Of a stretch of DNA of 64,000 bases, positions 22,701-35,200 are shown in pieces. The position numbers and the translations under genes were made by a program. Origin of the DNA: Asterias rubens (lineage: Eukaryota). The first letter of the stretch is position 1. Each line of letters starts with the position of its first letter. A model generated the notes under the pieces. That model saw only the letters and a program-made list of their open reading frames with translations, was not told the origin of the DNA and did no database searches. The stretch covers positions 11,222,001 through 11,286,000 of the forward strand of contig NC_047080.1 of NCBI RefSeq assembly GCF_902459465.1. Reading direction: 5' to 3'.

Positions 22701-25700
22701 AACCATTTCTAGACAATTAGGTGCACTTATGTATTATGGACATTTCTCTGCCTGAATTCCAAAGATAAAAGAGAGAGTGGACGGGGGGGGGGGGGGGGGG
22801 GGGGGGGGGTTGGATTTGCATCAGTCATTATTAATGTCGGACATCATAATAATGCATTGAACTGGTTGGCGACCACTCAAACATGACAACTCCCCGAGTT
22901 CGCACTGGGTTGTATTATTCATGCGCGTTTGTCGTTTGCTCGATTGTGTATTTATGAGTTGTACATGTGAGCGAGTTACTTCTAGACCATTTAGCCACTA
23001 ATCCCCTGTTTGTAATACAGAATGCATTAAATTGCTAATGAGACGAACATAATGCCTGGTTTTTATTTATTTTATTTTTTTTTTAAACCTTTTTTTTATG
23101 GGTGGTAGTTAGTCTTACTTTACATGAGTCAAAAACCTTTTTCAGTAAACACGCGGTTATATTTGGTTTGCCGTAACACCATGTGTTCATCTACTTGCCA
23201 GGTAGTGTTTATTCTTTATTGTATATGTAGATGTACAGTATACAATTAAAATTGATAAGTGAAAATACATTTCAAAATGTGGATTGGGTTTTCAGTCCCT
23301 ACCTGACTGTGTGTGGGTTTTCCTTGGGATAACTCTCTCGGGTTTTTCCTCCCACATTTTAAACTGAAACTTCCTTGTATTCTCTGCAAGACCCGTTGAA
23401 GTACGCCCAAAGTCCGCGGGGTAAGCGTTTGGTCATGCAGATTAGTTTTGTTTGGGCTAATGGTCTTACAGGAGACCCCCTTTTGTTCTAGCGCATAAGA
23501 AGATGCAATGATTTAAAAAAAAAGTTCCACTTTGTCGCAGCTCGGTTAGGAGCAACACCATTTTATTGTAAGTTTATTTTTAGTTTGGGGTATAAGTGAG
23601 CATGACTTCAACAAAAACCAATATATGACGCTACCTTTAAACTTTAAATGAAAAAAAAAATACATTTACACAAATTTGACTTTGAGGTTTACCTGTACTA
23701 TTAATGGCATAAGAAATACCCATTAGCCGTCGCCACTCTACTAGTACTGTCAGTAATTCTTTCAAACATATTGGTCACATGGCGCTTGATTACATTCAAG
23801 ACAATTCGCTAGCGGACAACTACAGATGGCAAAATTGGACATCAGTCCCAGAAAAGTGCAGTGGTGGTTTTTTTTTTCTTCATCAAATCTTTAGGAAACA
23901 CTGGCCGGTAGAACGTTTTTATAAGTCTGAAATGAAGAGAAAAGAGTTTGACAATATTATTCGCCGTGTTGAGAGATCATCATGATAGTTAGATAATAAT
24001 TAATCTTGGAGGCGTAGAACGTCTTGAAGAAGTTTTGTTTGGCAAGAATATATAAAATATGTCATACTCAGTAATTTCGAAGCAATTAATTTTCATATCA
24101 AATAATATAGGATTTGTGGCATTGCATGGTGAGGTATCAATATATATTTGGTTTGCGGTAACACCATGTGTATTTTTTGCCAGGTAGAGTTTGTTCTTAG
24201 AGAAATGTCTTGCTTAATTTTACTACTACCGCGGAGTAGATTGTTCGGGTGTTCGGGAGACTTCTCACTCCTGAAAAGAACTGTCCTGCCTATTAACTAT
24301 TACCTGGGCGGATGGTAAAGAAATAGGCTGGGACTACTACTTTAGCTTATAGGATTGTAATTAAGTGTACTACTGCGGAGTCAGTTCTTGGGTTGGTCTC
24401 AACGTTTCGACTAGCTTGCTCTACATAAATCATGCTTTATGATGTACTTTGCTGGTGCTGAGGCAGTTCCCAAAAGCTCCTTATAAAATATAACTCACAC
24501 TCTGTGTTATAAAAATGAGGAAATGATGCCAATTAAATTTACAATGTTGGCCTACTGCCTCAGAGACGGATCTTGGTTACGGACTGTTTTGTCAGCTGTG
24601 ACTTCAATCCCTGTTCTTTCATTTCTGAGTTTTCTTAGCATTTTTTGTAATCGTTTTGTTTTAATGGTAAATGCTGTAGGATCCTGCCGTCGATTTCACA
24701 AAACTCTTCCTAACTTAAGACTAATCTTAGGACTTAGGACGAGTCCCAACCCTGCACTGTAGCATGCAGATCTTAAGATTAATCCTAAGTTAGGAAGAGT
24801 TACTCGTCCTAACTCAAGATAAGACGAGTCCTAACTCTTTAGTATTCTTAATCACTATTGTTTTTGTACGTATCATTGTTTTTCTGTGGCATTCTTTTAA
24901 AGAGCAAGTCTCCCTTGAATTGTCTTTTTGGTGCAATGAATAATAGCCAAGTAATAGCTGAAGCCATAACCAATACCCTAACAAATACCACGCCATAGCC
25001 TGGGCCCAACTTAAGAGATGCTAAGCACAAACATTTGCTAAGCATGAAATTTCTTCCCCAATAAAAACAGGATTACCAGCCAAATTTCCATTTGTTGCAT
25101 AATGATTGTTACTGGTATTCGGCTTTTGTTTGCTCATCCTGAAAATCACATGGAAATTTGGTTGGTAAACCTGTTTTTATCAAGGAAGAAATGTCATGCT
25201 TAGCAGCTCTATGAAATTGGGCCCTGATCACAGCTAAAGCCGTAGCCTGAGCTATAGCCAAATCATAGCCAAAACCAAACTGTTTCAAAAAGGACCTTTC
25301 ATATGTAATACATCTTCTATTTGATAAGAGAAATAGAACTGTTTTGCTCATTTAGGATGCAACCAGGTATGACCAATCTTTTGTGTTTTTTTCCATCTGG
25401 AATTCACCCATCAATCCCTTGACTAACTGTCTAAAATGTCATCATTTCAGCTGGATGGTTTCCATCTTATGTCCGATACTTTCATCTTCTCTAATCAATT
25501 TGGACTTGAGGGGGTCGCCCAGAGGCCTCAGGTGTCCGCTCAGGCAGGGAGAGAGGGAGTTTTATTTTTAGCCGATTTTGTCACAATTAATAGCGGAGGC
25601 GTAGGCTCGAGTTGGTGGATCAAACTGACATGGTGACTTTTAGTATATTAATCAATTTGGGATTTCAGGAGTAACGATTATAAGCCTTGAGCCTTTGTTT

Positions 25701-28700
25701 ACATGTAGACTGCCCTCTATTGGAATCTTTTCAGCGGTGTGCGCGCAGTTCTTGTTTTGCAGTAGAGGCTCTATAACCTGTGACATCACTCTTGGGCCAG
25801 ATTGTATGCTTTTAAAACCTGATGCACCGCGCGCACACTGCCAGGATAAACCTGGTGTTTTGGTTTAACTGTGACATCAGAGAACACACATCATCTTTTC
25901 AGCGCAGCGCCTTACCCTTTTTTTTTGGGGGGGGGGGCGCAATTTTCAAGGGAATGTCCACGAGACTACCGGTCTTGTAGCTCAAAACTGCTGTACATAG
26001 CAAAATCATTTTGTACTTGTTGAGACTTGATAAACGCTAAACAAAAGGAATTGTTGTGGGGTTTACTGTTCTAAAAGTCACTTGCTCAAATCAATTGCAT
26101 TGTTCTCTCTTAGTTCATGTAGTTTGTTGGCAAATTTTTTCTGTCTCAGTGTTGAAAAGAACCCTTATTTAATATGAACTCTATGGACGAGTAGCAAAAG
26201 TTAGAAGAAAAAAGAATAACAAAATACTTGTTGGGCCTGGTGACAATAGGGATAAAGGCCCAATCTTAATAAAAAAGTCATTAACTATTCACTGTCAAAT
26301 AAAAATTAAAAGCAGCCATGAAAGTCATGAAGCCACAAAACCGAAAGTTAATAACCTTCAGAGCGCTAAAGCTTAAACAAACGGCGTTCCTCCCAAATAA
26401 AACAGAACAAAAAACAAAAACAGCAGTTAAATGTCCGCCTCTAAAAAAAAAAAATGTTTAATTTGAGAAACTGTTAAAGGTAATCCATCAAAAACGTCGG
26501 GTCCTTAAAACCGTCGATGTAAATATGAAAATGGTCACTCCAATTTATGTTAAGACTGGGAAAGCTGTATTGCGCTTCGGAAGGCTTTGTCGCGCATCCG
26601 AGTCAGGCGCACTCCATGTTTTTTTCTCTGGGTTAGCATGTGGGAGCCATTAGTCTCGGCTCATCGCACATTATTATTAACTGACATTTCTCGTCTGCTT
26701 TTCAGCTTAAGTCTCCACAATATCGTTTACCTCTCCCTTATTCGACCTAATCCCGCCATAATTCCCTTAATTCCTGTGACTTGCTATGTCTGAAAAACAG
26801 AAAAACAAAAGGTAAAGAGTTAAAAGTGAGGTGGGTGGAGTTGAAAAGCGACAGCTTTTAATTGAGCTTGGCATTGCGGATGAATCCTTCGTACAATTAT
26901 TGCAAACTGTTTTAGAGAAGCTGTGAAGTGGTGTGGGCGTCTAAATACCAGGGTTATGAAGTGATGAACAAAAAGCAGCAATTTATTAATTATTATGAAT
27001 TGTTTTCTTAAATATAATATTATATAGTAAAGGTTTGCGGTAACACCATGTAATAATAATCTTTAAATGAATTTGGGTGGTTCTGAAAATAACTGTTGGT
27101 TTCAACTCGACGTTTCAATCAGTATCCTCTGATCGTCTTCTGGAGAAAGCTGGACTCAGATGCTGCATGTAATCTGCATCATCAACAACCTTGAATGCCT
27201 TTTACCAAGGAGAAAACGCCCTGGTGCCCTTGCCCTGGTGCCCTTGCCCTGGTGCCCTTGCCCTTTCAACATCAAAGCACCCGGCCTATTTTCCAAATGG
27301 AAGTGCCCTTTGCACAATTTAAAATGGCCTCTCCTTCCCAAAGATCTCAAGTTCTAGGCCTCGGATATATGTAAATTCTCAAGGTCTCGGACATGAATAC
27401 TCCTTCATGTTGTTTTTCAACAACCTTGAGATTCTAGATTCGCGGGGTCTAATGTAATAGTCAAGTAGGATTATTTTGACTGCCCTCACTGATGCGCTTA
27501 AATCACGGAGCTGACGTTTGAAGCAGCTGGTTATCAATTCAAAACAAAGTTCATCTAACACCTGAACATTTTGATCTGTGTGTTTGTGGAGTACTAGGCA
27601 TGTGATTTCTAAAGATTTGTTTTTGTTTTTAGTATTTTCTCAAACTCTACGGAAAGTCTTGGGTTTAACCTTTTTCTCACAACATAAATGTGGATTATCT
27701 CTTTCAGAAACCTATTATCAGATTTATTTAAATTTCAATCAAAAACTTAATTGCACATTTCCAATAAAGACAAAAACAAATACAATAGTGTACACTCCTT
27801 AAAGAGAGAAAAGAACAAGAATTGATGACTGCTGCCCTCTATTGACCAAACTTATTACTTTATACCCAGTTCAATTTCTCATGAATCCCTTTTGATTAAT
27901 AGCCAAAACCATTCATATCCATTGGGGAATTTCAATCGGTTTGCTCCTTCACCAACAATTTTAACATTTTACTATTCAAAGCTCCTCGTACTTTTCCCAC
28001 CTTACACTTCTTTGCAAAATTTGTGTGGGAATTTTTTTTTTTGTTAGTCCCACCAGCTTTTAAAATCGGGAAAAAGTTTCACACAAGCGGCACTGAATGT
28101 TTATTCAGTAAGGTTTTGCCTAATGGAAGACTAAAGTCCCCGTGGGGAAATAATGACAGATTTCCCCACGGCATATTCTGCATTCTTGCCAAAAGGATCC
28201 AAGCAGATGTGGTGTGAAAAATAATATTTCTCTCCAAAACAACACTCTTTACTCCCCGTAATCCCTTTGGAATACCCCCCTTATTATCTTGGGTCACTAT
28301 ACCCATACTACCCCATTACCTGTGTCGCTGTATTAATACATGCAGGCCAAGAGGTACACAGAGGATACGGCCTCCGTTGCCCCATGTCTTGGCCTTGGTG
28401 CCCCTAGTGCCCTTAAAATTCCATACTACCCCATTACCTGTGTCGCTGTCGTAGTTCAATGTAGGCCTGGAATTATACAGAGGCCATGGCTTCTGTTGCC
28501 CCCGGCCATAGACTAGGTGCCCCTTCAAAAGTTTCCCATAGACTTCAGGATTGTCCAATGGAAGTGACCTTGAAATAAAAAGGGGCAGGCCTGTGTGCTT
28601 CGTTTTTGAAAGGGCAAGGGCACCAAGGCATTTTCTCTTTGGTAAAGGGCACACTATGAGGAAATTGTAAATGTCTACTTTGAGCATTTCAAGGGCACCA

Positions 28701-31700
28701 AGGCAATGACCAGGGGGCACGGAGGTAATCGCGTTCGTTGCCTCCGTGAAGAATCAGGCCTGAAATGGCCTCGCTCTCTTAAAGATGAAGTTCAATACTT
28801 CCACATTATCTGTAAGGCTGTCTGGTTCCATGTGTTCTTATAATCCTTTATGACTTGTGATAGCTATTTCACAAAGTACCAGGCTATTTGTTTGTCATCC
28901 AGCCTTGCGTTTGGCTGAAGACTGCATTCAAATATAGTACCTTTAGGGAGTTTATGGCTTTTGGCTGACAGCACATTGTTGCATTATTGGAACTTGGTGG
29001 CATTCTGGCTCTATAACCTACTGTCAAAACCACCAATTCGGACAGCCTTAATTTGATTGGAAATTTCTCCTTTCTTGTTTTTCAAGATGGTGGAATTGTG
29101 ATAGCAATTGAATCTCATGGTTGTTTTTCTGACCTAGTCTCATTTTTTTGAGAAAATAGAATTGGCTGTTGCAAACAACTTACCAGCAAAATGGACCAAG
29201 GGTATAAATGCAAAAAATAGCTATTGGCCTGACGTTTCGACCCAAGTAGAGTCTTTCTCAAGAAAATAGAATTGGCTGTTGCAAACAACTTACCAGCCAA
29301 ATGGACCTAAACAGAAACAAACAAACAAAGACGGCTTCAGGCCTGAAATTTCATCTTTTGAGATGGCAAGGTCATTTTCATTTTGCAAAGGGCACTTCCA
29401 ATAAAGAATATGGGAAACTTTTGAAGGGGCACCAAGGCCAAGACTAGGGCAACGGTGGCCAGAACTTGGCAATGGAGGCCATCGTGGCCTTCATGTGATT
29501 CCAGGCTAGCAACACTATGATAAAGGTCTCTCGACTTCTTCAATTCCCCCACATCTCAAAAAAATAAAACACAGTTATTCAAAGCGTCTTATTCATGCAC
29601 ATCCACGCAAAAAATTGAATGTGCCCTTTTTTTCTTCAACCCCTCCGTTGTGTCTCGCATCCCTCATTCCTGTTTTTTCCCCTTCTCTCCCCGAACAGTT
29701 AGAATAACAAGACAAGCGAGGGCTCCGCGGCCCGTCCGCTCCTGCTGTCACCACCCCATAATGGCATCATCAAATATTAAAAACGGATAATAATCCACTT
29801 CCAGTCATTTTTTCTTCTTCTTCTGATAAGCACTTTTTGAATTGCTCCCGTGCCATGTCGGGGAGCGCCATAATGGCATATTAAATATTCAGTGGTGTGA
29901 ATAATCGGTCTTAAGAGTAGTGAGCTCCACGGGGTGATTAGAAGCGAGGAAGGGGGGGCGGGTGATGTTGAGGAGGGGGGGAGTTGAGATGTTGAGAAGG
30001 GGGGTTAAAGCTGATGATAAAGTGGCCGTCTTACAATATGCGGTGAAAGAATCAAGTGCTCAAAGACAATGCCGTATTGTCTTTTTCTTTTTGATGGACT
30101 ATACTAGAATAAAGCGTGGAAGGGGGGGCGCCAAAGATGAACATGGTAAAGTTGGGGTCTTTACAATCTGTTGTGAATGATTCATGCGCTTAAAGACGAT
30201 GCTTGTATTGTGTTGTACTTTTTGGACGGACTGTAGTTTGAATGTATAGTTTGCTCACTGGGGTGATTAGTAGCGAGGAGGGGGTGGTGAAGTGGAGGAG
30301 GAAGGGAGGGGGGCAAAGGGTGAATAAGTTAAAGTTGCCGTCTTTCAAATATGCCTTGAATGTTTGATGTGCTTAAAGACAATACCGTATTGTCTTGTAT
30401 TCTTTTGACTTACTATACTTGAATACATGTATGGTTTGTTGTTTCATTGTGCAGCATAGGGCTTTAGATTAATCTTTCATCGGTATGGGATGAACTTCTT
30501 TGATTTGAGGAAATCAATTAATGAAATGGACAAATGAGATAGATCTCCCGCCAAAATTTACATTAGCTCAAAAAGATTATTTTGTGTTTTGATCACATAA
30601 AGACTCTTTGGAGTTATCAACATTCTGAAGAAGAAGAAGAAAAAAAAAAGGGGGAAAAAATCCATAGAGGGCGACATTTAAGCTGTGTACATAAACAGAG
30701 TCAATTGAGTTCATTGAGTTTTTGGGCCATATCAGCAGCAGTAAACCTGATGATGCTAATTGTTATTAGCAGCCAGCAGGCCTGTATGCTTCGTTTTTGA
30801 AAGGGCAAGGGCACCCTATGAGGAAATTGCAAAAAGGGCACCAAGGCAGTGAGCAAGGGACATGGAGGCAATGGGAGACTTTCCAACGCTACGTGGCAGC
30901 AGACTTACCGGTAAATTTCCATTGTTTACATAGTTCTGAGCATGCGCATAATTCTGAGAACAATGACTTTACCCGGTAAGTCTGCTGCCCTCTATCGACC
31001 CAGAAAGTCTCCTTTTGCCTCCGTTGCCTCGGTTAAGTATGGGCCGGAGCCAGTGTGCATGTAGTGATGTGGATTCAAGCTTTTAATTACCATTGAGGTT
31101 TGGGTGCCAGTTCCAATGCACCCATCTGAGTCCAATTTATTACCTCTGCTTACCTTCGTATTCTGCACCTGTAATTACAAATTCTTCGCTTACAAGTTAC
31201 CAATGAGGCTAAGCACTAGCTTCACAGGCCCTCAAGCAAAACGTCCTTGCTACTAACCTGTGAAATTTGCTTGGTATAAGCTGGTGTTCTCTTAATTCTT
31301 CCATAAATGGTGATTCTTTGCTTCACCCTGATAGCAGAGGCTTTTGGGCGGTGAAAGCTTACTGATTAGGTTTCCATTCCAATCAAATCCTCCAGGTTAA
31401 AATCTTAAAAACCTCAAAAGTTGACAGAATATCATTTATAGACAAACTCACCATTACTTTATTGATTGTTGAAATCCAAATACATAGAGACACAAAAGAC
31501 ATGTACAAACTCCCTGACAATATAAAGCGCTTTTCGTTGGTTTTTCCACCAGGACATGACCCGCTTATTTGAGGAAGCTTTCACAAGTGTGTTGAAATTA
31601 TGTGTTTATTTGTCAGAAATTATATCACCCATGTTTTACTAATTGATCGATAAATTTGTTTACTCTATTGCTTTGCTTGTCCCTGTCAGTCACAAGAGGG

Positions 31701-32170
31701 CGCTGTTTACCATTCTAGTCGCAATGCGTTGCACACTAAGTATTGCGATTTTCAGAGTTTGCTCATAAACGAGTACAAAACTGGTGCAGTTAAACATATT
31801 CCACGGCAACCGTGTTCGCTCAGGCGGTAAATCCATAAGTTCACAAAATAGTTATTATTAGCAACAAGAAAAATTAGAAACCTTGGGAAAGGGATTGCTT
31901 TCAATTCAGACATCCGTCTGCAATTAGCTTAAAAGCAAAATATTATGACGATTAGCGCCTTCAATATGTGATGTGGTTGTAATAAATTGTCAGTCGAAGG
32001 CCGCGTGCGATCACTTAACTTCTCATTTACGAGCTGCGGAGTTGTGATTAGAAAATGTCACAGTTGTAGGTTTGTTAAAGTGATCGGGAATGAAGGATGT
32101 TTCTACTCACTGTACAAATTAGGATTGTTGTTGTTGTCCGACTCTAAAGAATTTAAAGTTTTTTTTCTTC

Positions 32171-32204
<34 letters not shown>

Positions 32205-35200
32205 ACCGTTCTGTTTAATTTCCGACATGCTTTTGTGTCATGGTTGACTGGGAATAAAAGGTTTTATGCTGGGGATGATTTGGTGATCTTCAGAATAAAA
32301 AATTCTAAGCGCCGTTGGATGAGAATCCGTTTCCCAAGTTCATGAACAAATTGTTTTAGATTTTGTGATTTTTGAATTTTGAAGTATGGTTTGACCAGAC
32401 GGAGGATTTTGGAAACCTCATCTTAAAGTTGGTGCGAAAAAGAACGGATTCCGATTTTTTGGGGGAAATAATACAAGTTTTTTTTATTGTTATCTTTGTT
32501 GGCAGTGTCTGGCTTAGCTTGTTTGTCATTAGTCTGACCAAGGCCTGTATGCTTCGTTTTTGAAAGGGCAAGGGCACCAAGGCATTTTCTCCTCGGTAAA
32601 TTGCACCGGAATTTGTAAATTTCTACTGTAGCATTTCAGGGCACCAAAGCAATTACCAAAGGGCATCGCCTTTGCCTCCCTGAAGTACCAGGTTTGCTGA
32701 CCGCTTGTTAATTCTCCTATTTGTATGTTAAAAGATTTTCTATCGAGGAATATGTTTCAACTTTTAAAACAGAGGTAAACACCAAGTAGAAAACGTTCCG
32801 AAGACCTTGTTTCAATTCAGCGTCCTTCTGCCAAACTTCTAAAATTTGATCCAGAATACCTCACAGTTTTGAAGAAACCTGTGCAGAACACCTAAACTCA
32901 AAGTGCAGAGCATTTTGAATAAAGTATTTGATTGCACTATGTTCTCATAGCTGTAGTGTTTGAGTCTTTCAACAAATAACTCAACTTTTCACAACCAAGA
33001 TAACACCAAGTAGAAAACATTCCAAAGACCTTGTTGTACTTCAGCTTCTTCCGGCCAAAATCCAAAATGCCTCACAGTTTTGGACAACAAAAAAAACCCT
33101 TGACCCAAACTGCAGAGCATTTTAAAATAACAAATTTGATTGCATTATGCTCTCATAACTGTAGTAGCATTTCACTCTTTCGCTCTGTGCTCGTCATGTC
33201 AGAGCATCATCATTTCTTACCTCTCCAGAACAACGGTATATTGTTCAGCAACTCTGATATTAAATTCCTGAGATAATTTGTCCCTAATAGCATTTGTCTA
33301 ATAATAGCAAATAGGTAGTTGTGAATTTTCTTTTTTAATAAGATCTGTCTTGTAAATCGTCGTCAATTACCAAACACTTCTTGATGACTAAAGAAACCTT
33401 AAATCCATTTTAATAACTTAAGCAGCAAAGAAAATAAAGTACAGTTGGCCATTGTATTGCTATCACCAACTTCAGATAATCTTTTGGTTTTATAATACTT
33501 GATATTCATATAATCTTGTTACAAGAGCAATAAATGCTACTACATAACACTTTAGAATGGCAATACTTCTCCTATTGCGTTTTAATATTATTATAACCTC
33601 TTTTGAGTGGAATGATTATTTCTGTCTTTGTAAAGCTTGTCATAAACACCATTGTTGTCGTCTTACTGCTGCCTTGATTTTTCTCTCTCGGCGCTGAGAG
33701 GACGCTGTTAAATGCAAAGTCACTTTTTTTATTGTGGAACGATTTTGCGCGGACGAGTTGCTTTTCAAAAAGAAAAGTCTATCATCTTGATTGGTGCAGC
33801 GTGCAGTTTGGGGTCTGTATTGAAATGGGATGGCTATCACATCGTCCTAAGCCCATGCTGACCCTCTGTACTGAACATCTGCTCAATATAACGGGCGAAT
33901 TCCCTAACCAACCCCCCCCCCCCCTTCCGTCGGGCGGGCGAGAATCGTCTGCTCACAATCAGTCAAATGGATAAGACATTGTGGCAAAGTGACATGTTGT
34001 GTATGCAAATACTAACGCCACTTCTGTTTTCGTCGGCCGTATAACGGCCAGTTCTTCACTCTGGTCCAAGACCAATGTTGGAAGGAAATAACTAACACCC
34101 CCCCCCCCCTTGATGTCGTCATCTACATGTTGAGATATACAAGCAGCCGGGCATCTTGAGTTGACACAGTCCGTCATGTAGCTGGCGCTGTTAGGGGTGA
34201 CTCTGAACAATAGGTCGGAGTGGCGCTCCAGAGCGCTACGGTGTTTTCACTGTAATAATCAGCTCCGATCTATTGTCCCCCATTGTTTGCCTGTTTGTGT
34301 TCTGGAAGTACAACCGTCGTCTGCGGCCATTCAGGTTGGGTAGGGGATTATTGCTTCCTAGTCATGCGTGTGTTATGTTGACAGCCTTTTTCCTCTTAAT
34401 TTTTTTTCCCCCACTTTTTTTCCCCTTTTTTTTCTTCTCTCTTCTTCTTCTTGCTTATTTTTTTTATGGTTTCTTATAATATACCAGCGGGGGATCGCCT
34501 GTAAATTTATTCATGGTCTTGTAATTACCGTTTGTTTTGGCAATGGGGTTTTGATTACTTGCCAATCTGCTGTCCCTGTAAACGGCCAAAAACTACATTG
34601 GTAGGGACGGCCAGGGAAGAAAGAAATGTATGTTTAAGGGGCTCCTGTTTGGCTGGTTTGTTTGTTTTACATTATTTTTTATTTCCCTTTGGAGTATATC
34701 ATAAACATTTTAAAAGTCAAGAGACAGAGACAAAGTTTCTGATTGTATACCCAAAGCCCACACCCCATCACAAACGCACAAGCGTCACCTTCTTTCTCAA
34801 AAGCTTTTCTAACTGTCCGAAAAACAGACTGACTTTTTTCAGTTTAAAAGCTAACTTTGTGTGAAAATCTTTTGCACAACTTCTAAGCAGTCTCTTGTAT
34901 ATTGATATTAAAAAAAAACAAAAAAACACAATAATCTGGCTTGTTGAATGGTATCACATCATTGGTTTCTCTGGCCTTGAATTAACTCACAGCACCCACA
35001 GCAATTGCCATTGTGCCCTGTTCTTTTGCCATGGTGCCCTTTGCAAAGTTCCAATACAAACTTACATTTTCCTAATAGAAGTGACCCCTTACCAGAGAGA
35101 AATTACTGTTCCCCTTCAAGAGTGAAATTCAAGGCCTGGTTTCTGGGGGAAAAAGTTATTTCAATCCTTTTGTTTTCAGTAAATGCAATATTCAATCAGC

